From the NCBI GenBank assembly GCA_012838805.1, contig DUON01000014.1:2900-66899 (forward strand): a stretch of DNA of 64,000 bases. Direction: 5' to 3'. The position numbers were made by a program, and so were the translations under genes. How positions within the stretch are numbered: the stretch's first letter is position 1; every line of letters begins with the position of its first letter. Positions 7,992 to 19,100 of this stretch are shown one piece after another. The stretch is from Clostridiales bacterium. GTDB taxonomy: Bacteria > Bacillota > Clostridia > Christensenellales > DTU072. A model generated the notes under the pieces. That model worked only from the letters and a program-made list of their open reading frames with translations, was not told the DNA's origin and searched no databases.

Positions 7992-10598
7992 ATGAACAAA
8001 ACTTTTCAGCCATGGGAATTTGAAAAAAGAATTTATCAGAAATGGATAGACGAGGGATGTTTCACCCCGAAGATAGACAAAACCAAAAAGCCTTTTACTA
8101 TCGTCATTCCTCCTCCCAATATTACCGGAGAGCTCCATATGGGGCATGCCTTGAACAACACCCTGCAAGATATTATTATCCGCTATAAGCGTATGGACGG
8201 GGATTGTACGCTTTGGCTGCCCGGAACAGACCATGCCAGCATAGCCACCGAGCTTAAGGTCGTGGAAATGATAAAGCAAAAATTCAATAAGACCAAAGCC
8301 GAAATCGGAAGAGAGGAGTTTTTGAGACAAGCGTATCTCTGGAAAGAAAAATATGGCGGCAGAATAGTAGAGCAGCTGAAAAGACTTGGGTCCTCTTGCG
8401 ACTGGACGAGAGAGGCGTTCACCATGGACGAGCGCTGTTCCAAGGCGGTAAGGGAAGTTTTTGTCAAGCTCTATGAAAAAGGACTGATTTATAGAGACAG
8501 TTGGATAATCAACTGGTGTCCGTCATGCCGTACGGCTTTGAGCGACGCCGAAGTGGAATATGAAGAGCAAGACAGCCATTTGTGGCATATCAAATATCCG
8601 TACGCCGACGGCAAGGGATATGTGATTATCGCCACCACCAGACCTGAAACCATGCTTGGAGATACGGCGGTCGCCGTCAACCCCAAAGATAAAAGATACC
8701 TTGACATCATAGGAAAGGAGCTTATACTTCCGCTTACGGGAAGAAAAATTCCCGTGATAGCTGACGACTATGTGGAAATGGACTTTGGAACGGGGGCTTT
8801 GAAGATAACGCCCGCCCATGACCCAAACGACTTTGAGATTGGGTTAAGGCATAACCTTGAAGTCATTAAGGTTATTGAGGACAATGGCGTGATGAGCGAG
8901 AACACTGAAAAGTATAAAGGGCTTGACAGATATACCGCAAGAGAACGCATTGTGGAAGAGCTTAAGAAAGAGGGTCTTATAGAAAAAATACAAGACTATA
9001 AGCATAATGTTGGAAAATGCTATCGCTGTGATTGTGATATAGAGCCTATGGTCAGCAAACAATGGTTTGTAAAAATGCAACCCTTGGCGAGCCCCGCAAT
9101 AAAAGCCGTAAGAGAGGGCGAAACAAGGTTCGTTCCCCAAAGGTTTGAAAAAATTTACTTTAATTGGATGGAAAACATAAGAGACTGGTGCATATCCCGA
9201 CAGCTTTGGTGGGGGCACCGCATACCATGCTGGTACTGTCAGGACTGCGGGGAACAGATAGTGTCCCGCATAGACCCCAAAGCCTGCAAGTGCGGAAGCA
9301 AGAACCTAAAGCAAGACGAAGATGTGCTGGATACTTGGTTCTCATCTGCGTTATGGCCTTTTTCTACTTTGGGATATCCCGACAAGACCGAGGATTTGGA
9401 ATATTTTTATCCCACGAGCCTGCTTGTCACCGCCTATGATATTATCTTTTTCTGGGTGGCAAGGATGATTTTTTCCGGCTTAGAGCATATGGGTGAAGTT
9501 CCATTCCCCGAAGTGCTTATACACGGCATAGTCAGAGACCCCGAGGGTAGAAAGATGAGTAAGTCTCTTGGCAATGGCGTGGACCCGATTTTACTTATCG
9601 ACAAATACGGTGCGGACAGCTTAAGGTTTTCACTCTCAACGGGCGTGGCTCCGGGTGGGGATACAAGGTTTTCTGAAGACAAAATGGAGTCCTCAAGGAA
9701 TTTCATAAACAAAATTTGGAACGCGTCCAGATATGTGTTTATGAACACAGAGGGCAAAGACTTGAAGCAAATGGGTGCTTTTGAATACACGCCAGCCGAT
9801 AAATGGATACTAAGAAAACTTAATGGCGTTATAGGCGAAGTTAGAAGAAATATAGAACATTATGAGATAGGGCTTGCCTTAGCCAAACTGTATGACTTTG
9901 TATGGAGCGACTTCTGCGACTGGTATATCGAATTGACAAAACCAATCTTGTATTCGGGCGATGAGAATAAAAAGACAGAGACCTTGACTGTCCTTGTCTA
10001 TGTTCTGAAAGAGATACTAAAGCTATGTCATCCTTTTATACCCTTTGTGACCGAAGAAATATACTCTTATTTTGAAAAGGACATACTCATGGTCCAAAAA
10101 TATCCCGAACAGAAAAAGGAATATGATTTTGAAGAAGACTTTGACATAATCAAAGAAATCATAGTCAAGGTCAGAAACATTAGAGCAGAGATGAATGTCA
10201 GTCAGACAAAGAGGATACCTTTGTATATTGTCTCAAAAGAAAAAAGGGACTTGATAGAGGAATGCAGGCTTTATATTGAGAAGCTTGCCGGCGTAAGCCA
10301 AATAACCTTTATATCCGACAAAGGGGAACTTACCCAAAAGGTGTCCAATGCGGTAACCAATCACGCCGAACTGTATATACCTTTGGGCGAACTTATTGAT
10401 TTTGATAAAGAGATTGTCAGACTTTCAAAAGAGCTTGAAAAGGCAGAAAATGAAATTCAAAGGGGAGAGAAAATGCTCTCTAATCAAGGGTTTTTGTCCA
10501 AAGCGCCTGAAAAGCTTGTAGCAGAAGAGAGGCTAAAGCTCCAAAAGAATATTGAGCTAAAAGAAAGAATAAAGTCGCAAATCGATTATTTGAAATAG
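7992..10598 (+). CDS. valS: Valine--tRNA ligase
   Basis: 868 aa. HIGH-region [19 protein letters not shown] motif, class Ia editing domain, C-terminal coiled coil. Confidence 0.97.
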   Translation: MNKTFQPWEFEKRIYQKWIDEGCFTPKIDKTKKPFTIVIPPPNITGELHMGHALNNTLQDIIIRYKRMDGDCTLWLPGTDHASIATELKVVEMIKQKFNKTKAEIGREEFLRQAYLWKEKYGGRIVEQLKRLGSSCDWTREAFTMDERCSKAVREVFVKLYEKGLIYRDSWIINWCPSCRTALSDAEVEYEEQDSHLWHIKYPYADGKGYVIIATTRPETMLGDTAVAVNPKDKRYLDIIGKELILPLTGRKIPVIADDYVEMDFGTGALKITPAHDPNDFEIGLRHNLEVIKVIEDNGVMSENTEKYKGLDRYTARERIVEELKKEGLIEKIQDYKHNVGKCYRCDCDIEPMVSKQWFVKMQPLASPAIKAVREGETRFVPQRFEKIYFNWMENIRDWCISRQLWWGHRIPCWYCQDCGEQIVSRIDPKACKCGSKNLKQDEDVLDTWFSSALWPFSTLGYPDKTEDLEYFYPTSLLVTAYDIIFFWVARMIFSGLEHMGEVPFPEVLIHGIVRDPEGRKMSKSLGNGVDPILLIDKYGADSLRFSLSTGVAPGGDTRFSEDKMESSRNFINKIWNASRYVFMNTEGKDLKQMGAFEYTPADKWILRKLNGVIGEVRRNIEHYEIGLALAKLYDFVWSDFCDWYIELTKPILYSGDENKKTETLTVLVYVLKEILKLCHPFIPFVTEEIYSYFEKDILMVQKYPEQKKEYDFEEDFDIIKEIIVKVRNIRAEMNVSQTKRIPLYIVSKEKRDLIEECRLYIEKLAGVSQITFISDKGELTQKVSNAVTNHAELYIPLGELIDFDKEIVRLSKELEKAENEIQRGEKMLSNQGFLSKAPEKLVAEERLKLQKNIELKERIKSQIDYLK

Positions 10599-10607
10599 GT
10601 CAAAACT

Positions 10608-11255
10608 ATGTATATTATCTTTGATTTGGACGGTACAATATCTGACAGCAGCCCGGGCATATTTCAAACATTCAGGCTTCTTTTTGAAAGGTATGATTTA
10701 CCTTTGCCTTCGCAAGAAACGCTAAAGACATATATAGGTCCGCCCATTGAAGAGACTTTGGAAAAACATTTTCCCCATGAAGAGGTCAAAAAAGCCGCCG
10801 ACCTATATCGCAAGCTCTATAAAGATGCAGGCGGAATTTATAAAAACAACATGTATAAAGGCATGGACAAGCTGTTAAGGCGTCTTAAAGAAGAGGGGAA
10901 TAAAATATACCTTGCGACGACAAAAGAAGTCAACCTTGCCAAAGAAGTTCTTAACAATTTCGGGATTTTAGGGTATTTTGACGGTGTATACGGCGTCGAC
11001 CCGCCGAGAAATATCTATACCAAATTAGATGTGCTTAATCAGCTTTTTTCCACTCACGACATCGATAAAGAAAGATGCGTATTGGTGGGTGATACCATTT
11101 ATGATGTCAACGGTGCAAGACATGCGGGCATAAAAATAGGTATAGTGCTTTATAGCTTTAGCAAGAAAAAAGACTTTGAGGGCATGGAAATTGACTTCTT
11201 TGTGCAAAGTGTGGAAGAAATCTATCCGTCGATAAAAAAAGTGTTGAGAAAATAG
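10608..11255 (+). CDS. HAD-superfamily hydrolase (phosphoglycolate-phosphatase-like)
   Basis: Motif I IFDLDGTISDS, motif II ATTK, motif IV VGDTIYDVNGA. Confidence 0.8.
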   Translation: MYIIFDLDGTISDSSPGIFQTFRLLFERYDLPLPSQETLKTYIGPPIEETLEKHFPHEEVKKAADLYRKLYKDAGGIYKNNMYKGMDKLLRRLKEEGNKIYLATTKEVNLAKEVLNNFGILGYFDGVYGVDPPRNIYTKLDVLNQLFSTHDIDKERCVLVGDTIYDVNGARHAGIKIGIVLYSFSKKKDFEGMEIDFFVQSVEEIYPSIKKVLRK

Positions 11256-11278
11256 GATTTTTTTATAAAGCGACCGCT

Positions 11279-12184
11279 TTATTTTTTATTTTTCAAACGG
11301 GTTGTTGGATCGTATACGGTTATGCCGTCGTCAATATAGTATTTTTTATTTTTCAAGTCAAAATAGCAAGTAAGATTTGCGGTACAATAGAGAATGAGAA
11401 ACATTGGCAATGTGATGATAGGCAAGACTCCAAAGGTTGTGAAAGCGCTTGTGGTAAATATAGTTATATAAACGGCAACGAATGTGAGAATGATTGGAAA
11501 ATAGTCCTTAAATGAGGCGAGGCTTAGTTTAACTCCTTCCACAAGGGCTTTGAAGATATTCCTTTGTCCGTCGCATATGACGCTAAGCCATTGGGAGAAT
11601 AAAGCTATCCTAATAGAAAAGACAATAATAAAAAAGGCAAACACAAAGAGCAGCGAGCCGATTTTTATTAATTTATAGAGCCAAAAGAACAGAGACAAGC
11701 ACAAAAAGAACAAGCCGATATCCGCCAAGGCGAAGATTATCGAGGAAAAGAAAGCGTAACCCAAAGAAGGCAAAAGACTTGCGATTAGGTTACTAAAGAG
11801 TCCATTTGAGTATCCCGAAGTCATCTTAGAGAATATCATTTTTGAGATTGGGGTTAGGGAAATGGAGATAAAAAATCTCACCATGACCAATAAAAGCCCC
11901 AAATATAAAAGCCTTGAAACCAACATGCCGATATTGTCGGAAAGGAAATTTCTGGAGATAGTCCATATTTCTGACAGCTTGTCCACGGGGTTTTGTATGA
12001 TATCCCTAAGTAATAGGCTCAAACCTTCAAATTGCAAGACATTGAATAATCCGTCCAATAAAGGGTCTATGATAGAGACGAATATCGCCGCCGCAATAAT
12101 ATACACCACAAATATCAATATCAGTACCTTATAGGACAAGGAAAGGTTTGTGGTGAATAGGGATACGGTATGCTTAAATTGCAT
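11279..12184 (-). CDS. Polytopic membrane protein, unknown function
   Basis: 301 aa with about 6-7 hydrophobic spans. Strong SD (GAGGAGG) overlapping the end of the upstream gene. Confidence 0.6.
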   Translation of the reverse strand: MQFKHTVSLFTTNLSLSYKVLILIFVVYIIAAAIFVSIIDPLLDGLFNVLQFEGLSLLLRDIIQNPVDKLSEIWTISRNFLSDNIGMLVSRLLYLGLLLVMVRFFISISLTPISKMIFSKMTSGYSNGLFSNLIASLLPSLGYAFFSSIIFALADIGLFFLCLSLFFWLYKLIKIGSLLFVFAFFIIVFSIRIALFSQWLSVICDGQRNIFKALVEGVKLSLASFKDYFPIILTFVAVYITIFTTSAFTTFGVLPIITLPMFLILYCTANLTCYFDLKNKKYYIDDGITVYDPTTRLKNKK

Positions 12185-12187
12185 TGA

Positions 12188-13018
12188 CTACCTCCTCAGA
12201 TAAGGTCTTTTTACCAAGTCTTCTCTGGTTATGCCTTCAATATCAAAATAGCTCAATATGCTTAACACAACAAAAAACACTGTTGCAATCGCATAGTTCA
12301 AGGTGTTGATAATCCAGCTGATGTACCATACATCGCCAAAAAGATATGAGATAAACCCTATCAAGACTATTCCTGCGACAATAATAATATAGCTTATCAA
12401 TAATTCGCGTCTTTGGTTATGGGTCTTGGAATATGAGGCGGCGATCGCCTTATGGGGTTTTAGTCCGTTTATGCTCATAATGGGTAGCCATAGGGCAAGC
12501 CCCGAATAAGCCCAAACAAGCAATAAAAGACTTATTAAGACAAATATTATTGATACGACAAAGCTTGCAGTTAAGGTAGGCAGGGACTGCCACAAAAAGA
12601 GGAAAAGACCTATTAGGGACTGAGCAACCATAAGCGCAATAATAAAGAATGTTATGGTATAAAAAGATGGGAAAAAGTTCTCATTTATTAAATATAAGAA
12701 ATTTTTCAGCTGGAATTTGCCTATTCTGACGCTTCTTGCAACCGCGGTAGTGATTGCGGAGACGCTCAGGACAAGAAGAATGTATCCCAAAACCAGAAAT
12801 CCAAGCCCCAAACTGTCTCTTTGCGCCAGCGACAGCCAAAGCGCGCTGTAAGAGCCATAGTCGCCGCTGTAATTAAAGAACCATTCAAAGTATCCCGTAA
12901 TGGGGAAAAAATACGCCAAGAGAATACAGGGCGGAAGAGCTATCAAAAGTAGCGCTAAAAATCTTTTTCCGCTATCCAGCCTAAAAAGATATTGTAAGGT
13001 CAAAAATAAGTATTTCAT
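12188..13018 (-). CDS. Polytopic membrane protein, unknown function
   Basis: 276 aa with about 6 hydrophobic spans. First gene of a two-gene operon divergent from the giant ORF. Confidence 0.6.
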   Translation of the reverse strand: MKYLFLTLQYLFRLDSGKRFLALLLIALPPCILLAYFFPITGYFEWFFNYSGDYGSYSALWLSLAQRDSLGLGFLVLGYILLVLSVSAITTAVARSVRIGKFQLKNFLYLINENFFPSFYTITFFIIALMVAQSLIGLFLFLWQSLPTLTASFVVSIIFVLISLLLLVWAYSGLALWLPIMSINGLKPHKAIAASYSKTHNQRRELLISYIIIVAGIVLIGFISYLFGDVWYISWIINTLNYAIATVFFVVLSILSYFDIEGITREDLVKRPYLRR

Positions 13019-13176
13019 AGTCGTATTATATCCTATACGCTCTTAATTTGCAACAATTATGATTTTATTAATTGACCTTATTATTATTTTCGCCCCTTAT
13101 TTACCTATTGCAAAATTATATATTATAATGTATACTTTTATATGTATATTTATATATAATTTGTGTTGGAGTCTTT

Positions 13177-16100
13177 ATGAAAAGCTATAAGAAACTGTGC
13201 CTTCTGATTATATTCTTATTGATAATCTCTTGTATGTTTATCTCTTGTCAAAGCGCTTCATCTAAAGTAACGGTCAGCTTTATGGTGGACGGAGAGCTCT
13301 ATAAAGAATACATACTCAACTATGGCGAGGGCATAGAAGATGTTCCGCAAACGCCTCCCAAGCCCCTTTATTTAGCCCAATGGAACATTGATGACTTTTC
13401 GGAATTCTATACAGACACCACAATAACCGCAGTCTATACCAAGAACTTCTTTACTGCAGTTTTCAGAGTGGAGGACGATGATAAGATACTAACATTGAGA
13501 ACCACCGATATCGAATTTGGGGAAAATCCCTCCTCTTTTCCTCCAATTCCCGAAAAAGAGGGATATACGGCGGAGTGGGAAATAACCGATTTTACAGAAA
13601 TAAGGACGGATGTTGTAGTTTATGCTATATATACCCCAATCATCAAAAAGATAACCTTTGAAGATGAAGAGGGGAATATTTTGTATATAAGGGAAACCCC
13701 TTACGGGCAAGCCCTTGAAGACATACCCGAAGTGCCTTTGGTAGAGGGTTATACGGGTTATTGGAGCGTTCAAGATTTCTCGAACATAATTGAAAATATG
13801 ACAGTCAAGGCTGTCTATACAGACAGAATCTTGACCGTGGATCTGGTGGATTCGGACGACCAGACGCCGTCCCAAATGAACTTTGCTTACGGACAGAGGC
13901 TGGACCTTCCCGTTCAGCAGTACAGGTTCGGATACATATTTGGCGGATGGTTTGAGGACAGCGAATTTGACAACCCCATAAGCATAGACAATATCTATGA
14001 CGACTTGACGGTCTATGCGTATTGGATAGAAATAAATGACCATATCGCTGAAGACAAAAACAAATTTGAGTTCACTCTTAATGAGGACCAAAGAGGCTAT
14101 GCCATAAGGCCCAAAGAGGATGCCGAATTATCTTCGAACATTGTTTTACCAAACAGCCATGAGGGGCTTTTGGTCATTGAGATAGAAGATAGGGCTTTTG
14201 AGGGAATGGACTTGACCTCAATTCTAATACCCGTGGGCGTGACGAGAATAGGGGAAAGGGCGTTTTATGGCTGTCAAAACTTAGAGACCGTACAGTTCGC
14301 GGACAAAAACAGACTTCAAACGATTTCTAAAGAAGCGTTTTATCAAAACATCTCTTTAATTCAAATTTCTATCTCTAAAGATATCCAAGAGATAGGCGAA
14401 AAGGCTTTTTATGGCTGTTTGGCGTTGAGTTCCTTCAATATACCCGAGGGTGCAAACCTAACTACAATCGGAAGCGGAGCTTTCCAAAACAGCCATAACA
14501 TAAGAAGAATCAACATATCCAAAGAGATTATGGAGATAGGCGACTATGCTTTCTCCAATTTAAGCGTTACCGAACTGAATTTTGAGGGGCTGGAAAATTT
14601 ACTTATCATAGGCGCTTTCGCCTTTGAGAATTGCGATTGGATTATTGAATTTAATGCGCCGAATATTATAAATATCGGGCAGGGCGCTTTTGCGGGCTGC
14701 CGTTCTCTTACCGAACTTACAATCAATGGCGACATCCCCATAGTTGACTATTTTGGTGAGAACGCATTCCCTAATAGCTATGAGGTCACCCAATTATCTC
14801 GACTTAGGGACGTTCAAGGCGAATTTGTCAAAAACGCTCAAGGCGAATATGTGTACCAAAACATCACAAGAAGACTGCCCGTCAATCTTGCCACAATAAA
14901 TTTCAGAGACGGTATAACAAATATCGCAAATAATGTCTTGCAAAACTGTGTGGCTGTTCATAATATCCGTATTCCGTCCTCTGTTGTAAAAATCGGCGAA
15001 TACGCTTTCGCCATTCCAAGCGACAGTCACGGTCTTATGGCTAAAGGAGAATTATATATCCCCTCAAACAGCAATTTGGAAGAGATAGGCTTTAGGGCGT
15101 TTTTGCATCGTTCATCAGTAACGGAAATATACTTGCCCGCTACCATAAAGAGAATTGAAGCCGAGGCTTTCAGAAATGCCGACAATCTCTCAAAGATAGT
15201 ATTCTCCCCTGACAGCAATATCGATTATATTGGAAGCAAAGCGTTCGACAGTACCGAATGGATTAATTTTCAACCCGACGGCATAATATCCATAGGCAAT
15301 ATAGCCTTGAGTTTTAAGAACGCTGGCAAATACGGCGAAATAAACCTTGCCCTTCCCAATGGCATTAAAGCAGTCGCCCCTGACGCTTTTAACGGCATAA
15401 GCCAAATAGTCAGAGTGGATATCCCGAGTTCCATAAAAGCTATCTATGACAATGCATTCTATAACTGTAATAGATTGACTGTGGTAAATATGGAGGAAGG
15501 AATTGAGTACATAGGCAACAACGTTTTTTCGGGATGCGATGCCTTAAAAGAAATCACCATTCCCAAGAGCGTTGAGAACATAGGGGAATCTATCTTAAAA
15601 GATTGCACAAGCCTTGAAAAAATGATTATATACGGCGACCGAATATTAGGTCATTTCTTCGGCTTGGACAGCTTTGACAACTCATATTTGGCGTATCAGA
15701 CAGATGAACAAGCTCTGGATTATGAAATTGAAGAGGAAGAAGAGAGAGTTTACTTAAAATGGGCTCCGCTTGCGGATTTATATGATGTATATCCCATAAA
15801 CTATACAATATATGTAAAGAATGTTTTGAATAAGAACGAGGAAGCAGTCGATATTTTGAGGCTGGGCAGCATTACGCATAGTTTTTCAAGCCCGTATTAT
15901 GACGAGGACGAAGAAAAGTATTCGCTTTACTTTAATTTAGAAGAGCTTTTGTCGGGGATTAGAGCGGTTTCGGAAATCGGGGAGTTTATTCTTCCCCAAG
16001 GAAGAAATTGGGATAACATATTTGAGATAAAAGCGTTTTATGCAAATGACTACTATATTCCCAATTCGCTTAAAGAAATAGTATTCAAGGAGGATAATTT

Positions 16101-19100
16101 CCCTGTTGATAGAAAAGTCGCGCCGTATTCTTTTATGAATATAAAAAGTCTTAAGAAAATCGTCTTGGCGGACGGCATTCAGGAGATAGGGCAATGGGCA
16201 TTTTATAACTGCGAATCGTTAGGTGTCGTTGATGACCAAGTCATTCCCTTGGGAATTCCCTCCACCCTTACCAAGATAGGCGACTATGCTTTCTATAACA
16301 ACTCTTGCTTGGGGGAATTGTCTTTTGGAGTGAATGTCAACCTTGAACAAATCGGTATTTACGCTTTCCAAAACAGCGGATTAAGGACGCTTTATATCCC
16401 AAGGAGCGTTAGGGAAATCGGCGAGGGAGCGTTCATGGACAATGACCTTATGCAGTCGGTGAGCTTCCAAGACGCCTTTGTGCAAACCAGTCAAGGAGAA
16501 GTCGTAAACTATCTGCATATAGGCGACAAAGCCTTTTTGGGATGCGAAGAGATAAGGAATGTGGAGTTCCCGGACAGATTGACCGTTATAGGCGCTAAAG
16601 CGCTTGCTTATAACATCAAGCTTTATAACATTTCATTTAGACAAACCAGCTATATTCAAACTATAGGCGAAAAAGCATTCGCATATTGTAATATGCTCAA
16701 TTCAATCGTTCTGCCTCCGTCCATAAATCTGGACGAAACCTTGACTATCCTTAAGGCGAACGGAGCTTTAAGCGAGATTACTCTCTATAATGATAAAATA
16801 AACGACTATCACAACATCACTTTGGGCATGCTCTTTGGAGAAGAGGCTTATGAGGGAAGTTATGCCGCAGAGCAAAGGGGAACGGTATATCATATACCCC
16901 AAACTCTGACCAAAATAAACTTCTTGGGCGGAAAACTAAGCGAAAACTTCTTTGAGAACGCAAGTGCGATAATGATAGCGACTCTTGAGAATGTTACGGA
17001 AATTGGAGAAAAGGCGTTTTATAACTGTTCGGGATTGGAAAATATTGATATACCCGACACCGTAAAAAGTATAGGTTCCAACGCTTTTGCAAACTGTATA
17101 AGTCTTGTCTATACGGAGATTTCGTCCTTAAGCGAACTTGAATATTTAGGAGAGAGAGCGTTTGAAAACAACCAAAATCTTGTGGAAATCTATCTGCCCC
17201 AAGGAGTCGGCGAAATAGGGGAATACGCTTTTGCAAATAACTATTCGCTGGAAGAGATTCATATATCAAATGTACAAACAATCAACGACTATGCCTTTTA
17301 TGAATGCTCAAACATCAAAAAGATTATCCTTTCAAGCGATATTGAATATATAGGAAATTATGCTTTCTATAATTGCTTTTTAGCGGATATTGTCTATGAC
17401 AAGTTCGACAATCTGAAACATATAGGCAATTACGCTTTTTATAACTGTCTGGGGCTAAGAATTCTTCATGCTGAAAGCATAGAGACAATAGGCGTCAACG
17501 CTTTTTCCCAAGCACATAATCTTGAGGAAATAACCATTACCGGAAAGAACACCTTGGGAACGCTTTTTGGCAGTGGCTATTTTGAAAATAGTTATAGGGT
17601 TGACCAAAACGGAACTTATTATATCCCCTCATCGCTTAAGAGAGTGAGGATAAGCTCAACCGCCGAATCCTTGACAGCGCTATTATTCAAGGACTGTGAA
17701 GGTATAAGCGATATTATCTTTATGTCAGCACAGGCCCCCGCTTTGTCGCAAGGTGTATTTGAAAATATTGAGAATATGATAAAGATATTCGCCCCGTTTG
17801 AATATCTTGAAAGTTACAGACAAGCCTATGACGAATACCCGAATATCTATCCTCAACCCACAAATTATGAAAATTTTGAATTTATAGAGGTTGGGGGCGG
17901 ATATTCCATAAAAGCGGCAGCGAACGCTGAATTTGAAGATGTGCTATATATTCCCGCATTCTATAACGGTATCCAAGTCATTAAAATAGCTCCTAAGGCT
18001 TTTTATGGCTTGACGGCAATTGAAGAATTGATTGTTCCCGCCACCATAAAAGAAATCGGTTCAAGTGCTTTTGAGAACTGCTTGGAGCTTAAGGTCGTCA
18101 CCTTTGAGGGCGGCTCTAATCTGATTAAGATAGGCGACAACGCCTTTAACAAGTGCAAATCGCTTAGGGAAATAACGCTGCCCCAAAAATTGGATACAAT
18201 AGGTGCTTATGCTTTTGCGGGAGATAGGTCGGTTGAAAACGCTTTAAGAAAAGTTATCTTTGACGCTCAAAGCAGCCTTATAGAAATAGGTGCTTATGCA
18301 TTCTCTTTCAATCCGAATCTTCTATCAATAAGTCTTCCCACAAGCCTTGAAAAATTGGGCAAGGCGGCGTTTAGGGAAAGCGGGCTGCAAGAGGTTAGTT
18401 TCGGTCAAGGTGGCTTAAGCGAAATCGAAGACGAGGTCTTTTATGGTTGCACCCTTACCGCCGTCAGCATTCCCGATAGTGTATCCGTTATTGGAAAGAA
18501 CGCTTTCGCCGAATGTATTTATTTGGAAAATGTATTTTTGGGCGAAGGGGTTAAGGATATCCAAGAAAGGGCTTTCTATAATAATGTATCCTTGACAGAT
18601 ATCTTATTGCCGTATTCGTTAGAGAAGATAGGCAAGCAGGCGTTTAAGTATTCTCAAAGCTTAACAACAATCTCTATACCCCAAAATGTATGGTATATTG
18701 GCGAACAAAGCTTTATGGGCTGCTTAAGCCTTTATGATGTTATATTTGAATCAGAACAAATATCCTATGTCGGCTCAATGGCTTTTTATGACACCATATG
18801 GTTCAACGAACAGCAAAAGACCGCCCAAGGCGTGGTCTATATAGACAATATCGCATATTCTTTTGTAGGGGATATGCCCTCCATGCTCACGCTTAAAGAG
18901 GGAACCATTGCCATAGCCCCTGCGGCTTTTGAAAATCAACCAAACCTTGAAAAGGTTATTCTTCCCTCTACATTGAGGGTTGTCGGAGAAAGAGCGTTCT
19001 ACAACAGCATAAACCTTGAAGAAATAGATTTGCCAGAAAATAGCGAATTAACCGAAATCGGAGCTTATGCCTTTTATAGAGCCGCACTTATCGAATTTGA

